Shown here: positions 42,181-58,075 of the stretch, piece by piece
Layout of the letters: every line of letters starts with the position of its first letter
Numbering within the stretch: the stretch's first letter is position 1
Assembly: GCF_009914755.1 (NCBI RefSeq)
Contig: NC_060943.1
Origin: the human T2T-CHM13v2.0 reference genome, Homo sapiens
Strand: one strand, 5' to 3'
DNA length: 64,000 nt
The notes under the pieces: model-generated
Databases searched by the model: none
What the model was told of the DNA's origin: nothing
The model's input: only the letters and a program-made list of their open reading frames with translations
Made by a program: the position numbers and the translations under genes

Positions 42181-43325
42181 GAGTTTTAGTCAGAGCTTCA
42201 GTGACCTGGAGGAAGGGAAATATCCAACTCCAGCCAACTCTATACATCCTGACCCAACTAAAGGGTGGGAAAAACTGAAGTTCACAGTGCAGAAGCACAG
42301 ACTCACTGCAAGACTGACATCTAATCCCTGGACAATAGAATGCTGCCCCTCTCCCCACAGCTTATCATGATTACTAGAGGCCTGCTTACAGCATTTCCTC
42401 TTATCCAGTATGCCATGTCCAGCTAAGGAAAAATTACAAGCATACTAAAAGGCAAAAGTTAGTTTAAAGAGAAAGAGTAAGAACCAGAACCAGATATAGC
42501 AGGATTGCTGAAATTATCAGACTGGGAATTTAAAACAATTATGATTGATATGCCATGGGTTCTACTGGATAAAGCAGACAGCATCCAAGAACAGACAGGC
42601 AGTGTAAACACAGAGATGGAAATTCTAAGAACCACAAAGAAATGCTAGAAATTGAAGACAGTGTAACAGAAATGAAGAATGTCTTTGGTAGGCTTATTAT
42701 TGGCCAAGAAACAGCCAACTAAAGAGCTTGAGAATATATCAGCAGAAACATCCACACCTGAAAAGCAAAGAGAAGAATAAAAAAACAAGATATAAGAACT
42801 GTGGGATAACTACAAAAGATGTATCCTACATATAAAGGAAATACCAGATGGAAAGAAAAAAAAAGGGAAACAATGACAGAATTTCTCAAAATTAACTCAG
42901 ACACCAAAACGCAAATCCAGGAGGCTAAGCAAACACCAAGAAGGACGAGCACCAAAAACCTATACCTAGGCATATCATTTAAAAATAACAGAATATCAAA
43001 GATAACAAAAAATTTTCATAGAAGCCAGAGGGGGGGAAATGCTTTAAGTATTGAGGATCAAGTATAAGAATTACATCCAACTTTGAGCATAGAAGGAAGA
43101 AGTGAAGGTAAAATAAAAATGTTTATTTTTCTAATACTTAATTGATCTGATAACTTCTGAAAAATAGCTACAATGTATTAGATTACATATGCTAATTTGT
43201 GTGTGCTTATAGGCATAAAAGTGAAATATAGTAATGATGGAAGGTCTGAGAGGGAGGATTTAGGATTATTTTGATAGTATAAGGTACTAACACTACTCAA
43301 GAAACGGTACAGTATTATCAGAATT
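42181..43325 (+). mobile_element. Old L1M 5'/ORF1-region fragment between the two fossil finger blocks
   Basis: A-rich ORF1-like relic (QIQEAKQTPRR..K..YLGI). Confidence 0.7.
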
Positions 43326-43332
43326 CATGTAC

Positions 43333-44573
<1,241 letters not shown>

Positions 44574-45830
44574 CTAGTGAATTTGTTCATGTCTTCGAAG
44601 TGAACGGGGATGACTGTAAGCTTTCCCGCATTGCTGACATTTATAGGGTTTCTCTTCTGTGTGAGTTTTTTCATGAATTCTAAAGGAACTGGAACACGTG
44701 AAGGCTTTCCCACACTCCTTGCATTCATAGGGTTTCTCTCCAGTGTGAGTCCTTTCATGTATTTGAAATGAACTGGAATGACTGAAGGCCTTTCCACATT
44801 GTTTACACTCATAGGGTTTTTCTCCAGTGTGGATTCGCATGTGAATTTTAAGGTGGGTGGAATAGTTAAAAGCCTTCCCACATTCCTTACAGGTGTATGG
44901 TTTCTGGGCACTGTGCGTTCGCATGTGATTATTAAGACATGAGGGATACCCAAATACTTTCCCACATATCTTACACTCACAGGCCTTCTCTTCAGTGTGA
45001 GTTCTCAAATGTCCACTAAGATTTGAGGAAACTGCAAAGGCTTTCCCACATTCAACACATACAAAAGGCTTCTCTCCAGTGTGAGTTCTTATATGTTGAA
45101 TAAGGCGTGAGGATGTAAGGAAGGATTTCCCACATTCCTTACATTCATAGGGCTTGTCTCCACTGTGAGATCGTACATGCATACTAAGGCCCGAGTACTG
45201 AGTGAAGGCTTTCCCACATTCCTTACATACATAGGGTTTCTCTCCAGTGTGAGTTCTTCCATGTATCTGAAATGAGTTGGAATAATTGAAGGCTTTCCCA
45301 CATTCCTTACATTCATATGGTTTCTCCCCAGTGTGGGTTCGCATGTGAATACTGAGGTAGGCTGGGTATCTATAGCCTTTTCCACATTCCTTACATTTGT
45401 AGGGCTTTTTTGCATTGAGGGTTTCTATAAGCACAGAAAGGCTTGTAGAGTCAATAAAACCTGGCCCATAATTCCTCCATTCGTAGAGTTTTTCTCCATT
45501 GTGAGTTCTCATATGTGCCTGAAGGTATGACTCATTAATGAAGGATTTTCCACAGTGACTACATTCAAATGACTTTTCTTGTGTGCTAGTTCTCTGGTAT
45601 ACAATATTTGGTGTCAGGCTGAAGATTTTTTCACTCTGATTAAACTCAGAAAGTTTCTCACCAGTAGAGGTTTTCTCACACAGGGTAAGGAAATCTTTTC
45701 CATACTGATTACAGTCATGAGTGTTCCCTGTACTTTGAGTTCTCACGTGCGTCTTAAGGCATGAGTGTTCACTGAAGACTTCTCCACATTGCTCACAGTC
45801 ACAGAGTTCCCTTCCATTGTGTTTTCCTTC
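44574..45830 (-). CDS. ZNF426: ZNF426 terminal zinc-finger exon: 11 intact C2H2 fingers plus 4 degenerate fingers, stop TAG at 44574-44576
   Basis: CAACAG|GAAGGA acceptor. 1257 nt = 418 aa + stop. Spliced total is 554 aa and matches the ZNF426 protein as I recall it. HTGEKPY linkers. Confidence 0.96.
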   Translation of the reverse strand, partial: EGKHNGRELCDCEQCGEVFSEHSCLKTHVRTQSTGNTHDCNQYGKDFLTLCEKTSTGEKLSEFNQSEKIFSLTPNIVYQRTSTQEKSFECSHCGKSFINESYLQAHMRTHNGEKLYEWRNYGPGFIDSTSLSVLIETLNAKKPYKCKECGKGYRYPAYLSIHMRTHTGEKPYECKECGKAFNYSNSFQIHGRTHTGEKPYVCKECGKAFTQYSGLSMHVRSHSGDKPYECKECGKSFLTSSRLIQHIRTHTGEKPFVCVECGKAFAVSSNLSGHLRTHTEEKACECKICGKVFGYPSCLNNHMRTHSAQKPYTCKECGKAFNYSTHLKIHMRIHTGEKPYECKQCGKAFSHSSSFQIHERTHTGEKPYECKECGKAFTCSSSFRIHEKTHTEEKPYKCQQCGKAYSHPRSLRRHEQIH

Positions 45831-46004
45831 CTGTTGAAGGGATGATGATGATTTAAGGATTTTTCTCAAACATATTAACAGAACATACCCATCTGAAGCT
45901 AGAAACATTATAATGGTGATTATAATTGATGCCATTTTTATTACATGCATTCAGGTCCTTCCCTGTAGATTTATTTTAAGTGGTATGACTTAACTCTTAT
46001 TCTA

Positions 46005-46362
<358 letters not shown>

Positions 46363-47178
46363 CTAGATGGGTGCAGTAGCTCACATTTGTAATCCCAGCA
46401 TTTTGGGAGGCAAAGGTGGGTGGATCATTTGAACCCAGGAATTAGAGACCAGCCTGGGCAACATGGCAAAACTCCATCTCTATAAAAAATATCAAAAAAT
46501 TAGCTGGGCATGGTGGTGTGTTCCTGTAGTTCCAACCACATAGGAGGCTGAGGTGGGAGGATCACTTGAGCCAAGGGGTCAAGGCTTCAGTGAGCCATGT
46601 TTGTGCCACTGCAATCCAGCCTGGGTGACACAGCAAGACCTTGTCTCGACCAAAAAAAAAAAATTCATAGTCTAAGCCAGATGTGGTGGCTCATGCCTGT
46701 ACTCCCAGCACTTTTGTAAACTGAGGCAGAGGATCACTTGAGCACAGGAGTTTGAGACTAGCCTGGGAAACACAGTAAGACCCTGTCTCCACAAAATTTT
46801 GAAGAATTAGCTGGGTGTGGTGGTGCATGCCTGTAGTCCCAGCTACCAAGGGAGGCTGAGGTGGGAGGATCGCCTGAGCCCAGGAGGTCAAGACTATACT
46901 GAGCCATGATTGCACCACTGCACTCCAGCCTGGGTGACAGAGCAGTATCTCGTTTCAAAAAAACACCAAAACAAAACTCAACGTCTAGTTACACTTGTGG
47001 GAATGTGTGAAAGCTCCAAAGAAACAAGTTTCACAATTGGAGCATCCCTAAATTCTTTGCTCCCTCTCATGTGTATGCAACTTCTCTCAAATATCTCTTA
47101 TTTTTGCTGACTTCCCATAACAGAATTCCTGATTTTCTCTGAGGGTGGAAAATAAAAAATATCCTATGCAAATCTTAC

Positions 47179-47261
47179 CAATTGTATCCCAATGGATGTC
47201 TGACCCCTCAAAAAGTCCTGCTGAAGTATAGACCACTGGGTTTCAAGTCGCATTTCCCATC
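47179..47261 (-). CDS. ZNF426: ZNF426 spacer exon (GWEMRLETQWSILQQDFLRGQTSIGIQL)
   Basis: TTTCAG| ... TTG|GTAAG, 83 nt. Restores phase 0 (408 nt cumulative). Confidence 0.92.
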
Positions 47262-47425
47262 CTGAAATAAAACAGACAAACAAATAAAAGGACTCAAGCT
47301 AGGCACAGTGGCTCATGCCTGTAATCCCAGCACTTTGGGAGGCTAAGGCAGGTGGATCACTTGAGGTCAGGAGTTTGAGACCAGCCTGGCCAACATGGCA
47401 AAACCCCACCTCTACTAAAAATTCA

Positions 47426-47620
<195 letters not shown>

Positions 47621-47959
47621 TCAAAACAATATGGCTTATTTCTATTTGTTTCAAATTAAACATGGCAAGAAAAAGCAGAAAGACATTTGGGGATTTGGGC
47701 TATATCAAAAATTTGGTTTTGATGTAAATGATCCAAAGGGGGAAAAATTGGCCAAGACAAGGACATGGGGTAAAACTTTTCGATCGTTTATTACAAATTG
47801 ATGCTATGAAAATTAAAACTGATAGTGAATAGAGAGAATCAGGGAATGAAAGTAGGAAATTTCTGAAAAAAGAGCGTATATCTAAACAATTAACTTGGCC
47901 GGGCACGGTGGCTCATGCCTTTAATCCCAGCACTTTGGGAGGCCGAGGCAGGCAGATCA

Positions 47960-48883
<924 letters not shown>

Positions 48884-49038
48884 AATAAAAGCGTGTGGGA
48901 AGTTAAATATTTCCTAACTTTCTCTAAACCTTGGGGTTTAGAGTGCAGGGAGAAAGTACATGTTAAAAAGTTTCCTAATTATGCTTTCAAACATACTGAA
49001 CTTCTCATCAACCAGAGTTGTTCTTCATGAACACTCAC

Positions 49039-49119
49039 CTTGGAGAACTCCTCCCTGAACTGTCCTTGACTCTTCTTGTTCCAACCAAGAGATTAGACTG
49101 GGTTTGATGATCTGACCTC
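49039..49119 (-). CDS. ZNF426: ZNF426 KRAB-B exon (GGQIIKPSLISWLEQEESRTVQGGVLQ)
   Basis: CTCAG| ... G|GTGAGT, 81 nt, KPSLISWLEQ motif. Confidence 0.95.
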
Positions 49120-49321
49120 CTGAGCACAGAGAAATACATTAATGGAAGAGGCTCATAAAAAAGATTACAAACCTTTCTGTGATTCAGGAACTACAGATCT
49201 AATGAAAGTGGTGAAGCTATTTCAAAAGGGCGAAAAATGCAAATAACAACTCTGACTGTGCCCCAAACAGTCTGGTTACTTCTGTCCCCTAAACCGAAAT
49301 TCAGGCTTATGTACACATTTA

Positions 49322-49892
<571 letters not shown>

Positions 49893-49994
49893 GATTAAAA
49901 TCTATTTAGGACAGGGACTATGTCTCTGTTATTTCTCTTTGCATTCAGAGTTGACATTGCCAATGCTGCAAAACAGTAAGTACAAAACATATCA

Positions 49995-50159
<165 letters not shown>

Positions 50160-50354
50160 CTAAAGCATCACACACATGCTGGTTGGAGCCAAGTAACAAG
50201 CCCATCAGCGTTCGCTGGAGGATGAGGAAGGGGGACCCAATGCCTATGCAGGATTCCAAGGGCTGCAGTGACCAGCCCCAGGTTTTAAGGGTCCTAGAAA
50301 CTCCTCGCACCCTAAACATACTCACTGTCATCTCCTCCACTCATAGTGCATTAA

Positions 50355-50522
<168 letters not shown>

Positions 50523-51380
50523 TGAGTAGCTGAAATTACAGGCACACGCCACCATGCCCGGCTAATTTTTTGTATTTTTAGTAGAGATAGGGTTTCAGCA
50601 TACTGGCTAGGTTGGTCTCGAACTCCTGACCTCATGATCCGCCCCCTTCAGCCTCCCAAAGTGCTGGGATTACAGGCATGAGCCACTGTGCCCGCCCAAG
50701 ATCTCATCTTATTTCCATCTATTTGAGCGCATTGCTCAGCACATTCCAGACATCTGATCAATGCTGATAAACAACTTAAAGGACACTTTTTTTTTTAATT
50801 TTTTTGAGACGGAGTCTTGCTGTGTTGCCCAGGCTAGAGTGCAGTGGTGCAATCACAGCTCACTGCAGCCTCAACCTCCAGGGCTGAAGTGATCCTCCCA
50901 CTTCAGCCTCCAAAGTAGCTGGGAGTCCAGTCATGTACCACTTTGCCCAGCTAATTTTTAAATTTTTTGTAGAGACGGGGTCTCACTATGTTGCTCAGGC
51001 TGATCTTGAACTCCTGTACTCAAGCAATCTGCCTGCCTCAGCCTCCTAAAGTGCTGGGATTATGGGTGTAAGCCACCATGCCCGGCCTGGGATGATTTCC
51101 AAGTTAGCACCTCCCTATATGGGTGGCCCCAACCCTTGGGGAAATTCAAATGGGGATTCAGTCCTTGAGTGACACTTTATTTGCTTTAAGAAGCCTGGAG
51201 ACCGGAGCTTGCAGTGAGCCGAGAGCATAGCACTGCACTCCAGCCTGGCAACACAGCGAGACTCCCTCTCAAAAAAAAAAAAAAAAAAAGAAGTCTGGAG
51301 ACAACTCTGCCTAGAGGGAAATGTGTCTACCTGGTGGATGCAAGTATGTCACTATGTATAAGAATACAGCTGCTTTTTAC

Positions 51381-51472
51381 CTGATAACAATCTGTTAGGC
51401 AGTCAGCCACTATTCTTCCTGCTGGTGTCTTTTCTTCATGAAGGCAAACTGGGTCCCCAGAAAGATAATGTC
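51381..51472 (-). CDS. ZNF426: ZNF426 coding exon 2 (GHYLSGDPVCLHEEKTPAGRIVADCLTDCYQ)
   Basis: TCTTACAG| acceptor, CAG|GTAAAA donor, 92 nt. Cumulative 117 nt, in frame. Confidence 0.92.
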
Positions 51473-51860
51473 CTGTAAGAAAATGAAGGCAAGAGAACCC
51501 CGAGCTGACCATAATCCCCACATCCACCTACCTAGAGGTCATTACCTCCTAGTATGAAATTCCCATATATTCCTGCAAAATCAGGAAAACACACATAAGG
51601 CCAGTTGCAGTGGCTCACATCTGTAATCCTAGTGCTCTGGGAGGTTGAGGTGGAAGGATTACTTTAGGCGAGAAGTTTGAGATCAGCCTGGGCAACACGG
51701 TGAGACCCCGTCTCTACAAAAAAATTTTAAAATGAGCCTGGTGTGGTAACACACACCTGTAGTCCCATCTCCTTGGGGAAGCTGAGGCAAGAAGATTGCT
51801 TAAGCCTAGGAGTTCGAGACTACCCTGGACAACACAGTGAACATAAACTCCCCATCTCTA

Positions 51861-52146
<286 letters not shown>

Positions 52147-52400
52147 TCATTTCACACATAAGGAAACATATACCCAGAGCATGGGACTCTATCATGCTGA
52201 TTAGAATTCATGAAGGAGATTATGCAGTACCTCTTTCCAAAATTCACAGGCAGAGGCTGACTCACAAGACAGCACGTTCTGGCACCCCTCAGCACCTCCC
52301 AAATGAATCAGCAACATGACCAGCTGCCCAAACCACTAGACCCTATATTGTGTAAAGGGAACCTAGAACAGGATATCCTAAAAAGAGCAACAGAGCTTAC

Positions 52401-52425
52401 CATGGGACAAATCAGCAGCTGCCAT
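52401..52425 (-). CDS. ZNF426: ZNF426 coding exon 1 (ATG at 52425; MAAADLSH-G). Exon probably starts at about 52549.
   Basis: Minus strand reads ATG GCA GCT GCT GAT TTG TCC CAT G|GTAAG. Phase joins the next exon. Candidate acceptor CCAACAG| just above 52549. Confidence 0.9.
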
Positions 52426-53217
52426 CCCGCGAGGTGAGAACGTGTCAGAACCCTCCTTTCATTGATGTCACCATCACTTCAGGACACCTCATTAATCTAA
52501 ATGGACAGTGGCAATCTCCATTCCTCTTTAAACAGGGTTATTGGGATTCCTGTTGGTATTAATCAATAATCAACAAGCAGTACTTAATCATCAGCCATCA
52601 AACATATACACCGGCTGGGGCAGTAGCTCATGCCTGTAATCCCAGCATTTTGGGAGGCCAGGGTGGGAGGACTGCTTCAGCCTAGAAGTTTGAGACCAGC
52701 CTGGGCAACATAGCAAGACCCTATCTCTAAAGAAACAAAAATAAAAATAAGTAAACAAACAAAAAAAAATGAAGTGGTAAACCAGAACCTGAATGCAAGT
52801 ACAAGTTTTGCACACACACATAGAAAAAATAATCTCACAATACACTTTTAAGTATTGGGTAGCCTCAACTGGGCCTTGATTGGAAACACTCAAATCAAAT
52901 CTGCATCCCCAGCTCACACTGTCAGAGAGGCAAGGCCAAACCACTCTGTGCCTAACACTGGTCTGTTTTATGGGTCTTCAAAGAGAACTACCTTTTCATA
53001 GTATTTATCTGGTTAATTTTTTTTCCACCAAAGTTTGGTTTTATTTGGCTGGGCAGGGTGGCTCACGCCTGTAATCCCAGCACTTTGGGAGCCTGAGGCC
53101 AGAAGATCATGAGGTCAGGAGTTCAAGACCGGCCTAACCAACACGGTGAAACTCCATCTCTACTAAAAATACAAAAATTAGCCGGGCGTGGTGTGCGGCT
53201 GTAATCCCAGCTACTCA

Positions 53218-53361
<144 letters not shown>

Positions 53362-53642
53362 TTAATCAAACATGAAACAGTGGCTCAAACAATCACCTAC
53401 AGAATGGGAGTCAAATGATGATAAACAGTGAAAGTTCCGCAGTTCATTATCCATGAACCAAATTCACAAAAACTCTATAGGCCTCCTTCTACCAATAAGA
53501 CTAAAACCCTAAAGTCACAAAAACCACAGTTCTGGACTCCTGGTATAGATCACACCTACTCCCAGGGGTCTCAAACTAGGGGTCCTAGGGCTGACTAGGC
53601 CCACAAATATTCAGTTTGGTGGCATCTGTATAGAATATTTAA

Positions 53643-53795
<153 letters not shown>

Positions 53796-53814
53796 TGATA
53801 TACAATCAATGTAG

Positions 53815-54117
<303 letters not shown>

Positions 54118-54445
54118 TAATAAAGCCTTCATCCTTTCCCTCTGGAGGTCTGATTAAGAAGCTCTCTTGGGATGTACAGGCCTAGGAACTCCATTCGAAG
54201 ATAATGAATTATTATTCTTAGTATTCTTTAGCAGAAAGACTTGCGGTCTACAAACGTTTATATTCACATACACAAATACGCACACCCTATAAACCTAAAA
54301 AGCATCTTTATCTTTCGCCATGAAAGTAATGGTCAAAAATAAAACACAACACAATAAGACGAAACCAAACTTACAGATGAAACATTCGTTTGCATAAGAG
54401 AAGACAGAAAAGGCCCCCTAGAACCAACTTTCACCCAGTGCTCAC

Positions 54446-55150
54446 CGGAACACTCAGAAATCGCCAGGTCCCTGAACCGGGAAGATCCTGGGGACGGAGC
54501 CAACGCGGATGCAAAAGGCAGCAATTATTTTCCTGCCGGAAAAAAATTCACAAACGCTGCTTTGGAGGCCTTTGGAGAGGGGCGCACAGATGAAAACACC
54601 CTGCGGACACCGTAACTATAAACCCGACTCCTCCCGAGGAGCGACGGTCCGAGCGGACGCTAGCGGGCCCAGCAGACACGAGCAGAGCGGGCCAGGCCTC
54701 TCTAACGTCCGGGCCAAACCCGTCCTTCACCCCAAAACCAGTTCATCTCCTCGGAACTCACCCAGGCCAGTGAGGCCTTAACTCTGAAAGGCAAAAAGAC
54801 TCTCAGGCGCTCACAGCCGGCGTCACAAAAGGAACGGCGCACCGCTGACGTCATTTACGCTCTCCGCCTCGGGCCAGGCGGGGTTTCGGGACTAGGGTTT
54901 CTGCCGTGTAATACCTCCTCGAGGCAGAAAAATTCTACTTTCCATCTGCTTGGCTGCGGAGGACCTTGGGGTGGGCTCAGCGTGGGGGCTGCAGGCAGAA
55001 ATGGGTCCAGAAGGCAAGGTCGAGGTTAGAGCCAAGCCTGTGGGCAGGGCTACGGGCAGGGGGCGGGGAGGAATGTGGGTCCAGGCCCAGAGGAAAAGGT
55101 TGAAGTTATAGCCAGGCCTGTGGGCGAGGCCGCAGCAGGGCGGCCATAGG
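54446..55150 (-). promoter_or_regulatory. ZNF426: ZNF426 CpG-rich promoter and non-coding 5' exons
   Basis: CpG-rich. Full CRE TGACGTCA at 54846-54853, GC box GGGGCGGGG near 55060, minus-strand donors G|GTGAGT (exon ends 54762) and G|GTGAGC (exon ends 54446). Exact TSS and exon-2 acceptor not resolved. Confidence 0.85.
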
Positions 55151-55299
55151 GGAAGGAGCCAATGTGTTATGCATGTAGAAAATAGGTAACTACGTCTTTT
55201 GCTCTGTTACTATTTCAACATTTGATGTAAAAAACATTTTCTATGCAGCTAAAAGAATTGTTTTTAAAAATAATTTCTAGGTTTTCTGCCTTGCTTTAA

Positions 55300-55958
<659 letters not shown>

Positions 55959-55960
55959 TT

Positions 55961-55978
55961 TGGTTCCGAAACCTGGGA
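55961..55978 (+). other. Primer-binding site, tRNA-Phe type (TGGTTCCGAAACCTGGGA)
   Basis: 16/18 match to the Phe PBS TGGTGCCGAAACCCGGGA, much poorer match to the His PBS TGGTGCCGTGACTCGGAT. Confidence 0.85.
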
Positions 55979-56919
55979 CAGGGGGACTCCCTTGGGAGAC
56001 TGGCCCCGTCCTCACCCTCACTCCGTGAGGAGCTCCACCTACTACCTCGGGTCCTCAGACTAGCCCAAGGAACATCTCACCAATTTCAAATTGGGTAAGC
56101 AGTCTCTTCACTCTCTTCTCCAGCCTCTCTCACTACCCTTCCATCTCTCTGTCCTTCCAATTCCAGTTCTTTTTCCTCTCCAGTAGAGACAAAGGAGACA
56201 CATTTTATCTGTGGACCCAAAACTCCAGCTCCAGTCACGGACTCAGGAAGACAGTCTTTCCTTGGTGGCTAATCACTGTAGGGATACCTGCCTGATTATT
56301 CACCTACATTCCATTGGTGTCTGATCACTGTGGGGATGCCTGCCTTGATCATTCACCCACATTCCCTTGGTGGCAAGTCAATTGCAGGGCTGCCTGCTTT
56401 GGCTGCTTACCCACATTACAGCCCAGGGCTGCTCACCCCCACCCCACTCCACTGCCTTCTCCATGTCTCTACCTTTCTCTTTAAACTTACCTCCTTCACT
56501 ATGGGCAATCTTCTGCCCTCCATTCCCTGTTCTTCTCCCTTAGCCTGTGTTCTCAAGAACTTAAAACCTATTCAACTCACACCTGACCTAAAACCTAAAT
56601 ACCTTATTTTCTTCTGCAACACCACTTGGCCCCAGTACAAACTTGACAATGGTTCTAAATGGCCAGAAAATGGCACTTTTGATTTCTCCATCCTACAAGA
56701 TCTAGATAATTTTTGTCATAAAATGGGCAAATGGTCTGAGATGCCTGACATCCAGGCATTCTTTACACATTGGTCCGTCCCTAGTCTTTGCTCCCAATGT
56801 GACTCATCCCAAATCTTTCTTGTTTCTTTCTTGTCCTTTGAATCCTCCTTTTCTATGGACCCATCTGACCTCTCCCCTCCCCCTCAGGCTGCTCCTCGCC
56901 AAGCTGAGCCAGGTCCTAA

Positions 56920-58075
56920 CGTATCCAGAATTGGTGGGTTCTTGGTCTCACTGACTTCAAGAATGAAGCCGTGGACCCTCGCGGTGAGTGTTACAGTTCT
57001 TAAAGGCGGCGTGTCTGGAGTTTGTTCCTTCTGATGTTCGGATGTGTTCAGAGTTTCTTCCTTCTGGTGGGTTTGTGGTCTCGCTGGCTCAGGAGTGAAG
57101 CTACAGACCTTTGCGGTGAGTGTTACAGCTCTTAAAGGCAGCATGGACCCAAAGAGTAAGCAGTAGCAAGATTTATTGCAAAGAGCAAAAGAACAAAGCT
57201 TCCACAGCGTGGAAGGGGACCCAAGGGGGTTGCCACTGCTGGCTCAGTAGCCTGCTTTTATTCTCTTATCTGGCCCTACCCACATCCTGCTGATTGGTAG
57301 AGCCGAGTGGTCTGTTTTGACAGGGTGCTGATTGGTGTGTTTACAAACCTTGAGCTAGATACAGAGTGCCAATTGGTGTTTCCACAATCCCTGAGCTAGA
57401 CATAAAGGTTCTCCACATCCCCACCAGACTCAGGAGCCCAGCTGGCTTCACCCAGTGGATCCCGCACTGGGGCTGCAGGTGGAGCTGCCTGCCAGTCCCG
57501 CGCCATGTGCCCGCACTCCTCAGCCCTTGGGTGGTTGATGGGACTGGGCACCATGGAGCAGGGGGGAGCTCTCATCAGGGAGGCTCGAGCTGCACAGGAG
57601 CCCATGGAGGGGGTGGGAGGCTCAGGCATGGCGGGCTGCCAGTCTTGAGCCCTGCCCTGTGGGAAGGCAGCTAAGGCCTGGCGAGAAATCAAGCGCAGCA
57701 CCAGTGGGCTGGCACTGCTAGGGGACCCAGTACACCCTGTGCAGCTGCTGGCCTGGGTGCTAAGCCCCTCATTGCCTGGGGCCAGCAGGGCCGGCCAGCT
57801 GCTTCGAGTGCAGCCGCCAAGCCCACGCCCACCTGGAACTCCAGCTGGCCCGCAAGCACCATGCACAGCCCCAGTTCCCGCTCGCGCCTCTCCCTCCACA
57901 CCTCCCTGCAAGCTGAGGGAGCTGGCTCCAGCCTTGGCCAGCCCAGAAAGGGGCTCCCACAGTGCAGCAGTGGGCTGAAGGGCTCCTCAAGTGCCGCCAA
58001 AGTGGAAGCTCAGGCAGAGGAGGCGCCAAGAGTGAGCGAGGGCTGTGAGGACTGCCAGCACGCTGTCACCTCTCA
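56920..58075 (-). mobile_element. LTR12 (ERV9, LTR12C-like) solo LTR inserted in HERV-H gag
   Basis: Minus-strand start TGAGAGGTGACAGCGTG, U5 repeats CTGTAACACTCACCGC, 4-bp TSD CTAA at 56916-56919 and 58076-58079. Confidence 0.93.

Noticed and set aside
45831-45950. N-terminal 40 aa of the 458-aa ORF (MHVIKMASII...)
   Set aside because: Intronic open frame upstream of the CAG acceptor. The spliced model gives a coherent KRAB-ZNF.
55961-55978. tRNA-like sequence as a tRNA gene
   Set aside because: Only an 18-nt primer-binding site. No cloverleaf.
56330-57034. 234-aa ORF joining HERV-H gag matrix to LTR12 antisense sequence
   Set aside because: Chance read-through across an insertion junction. 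No evidence of selection or expression.
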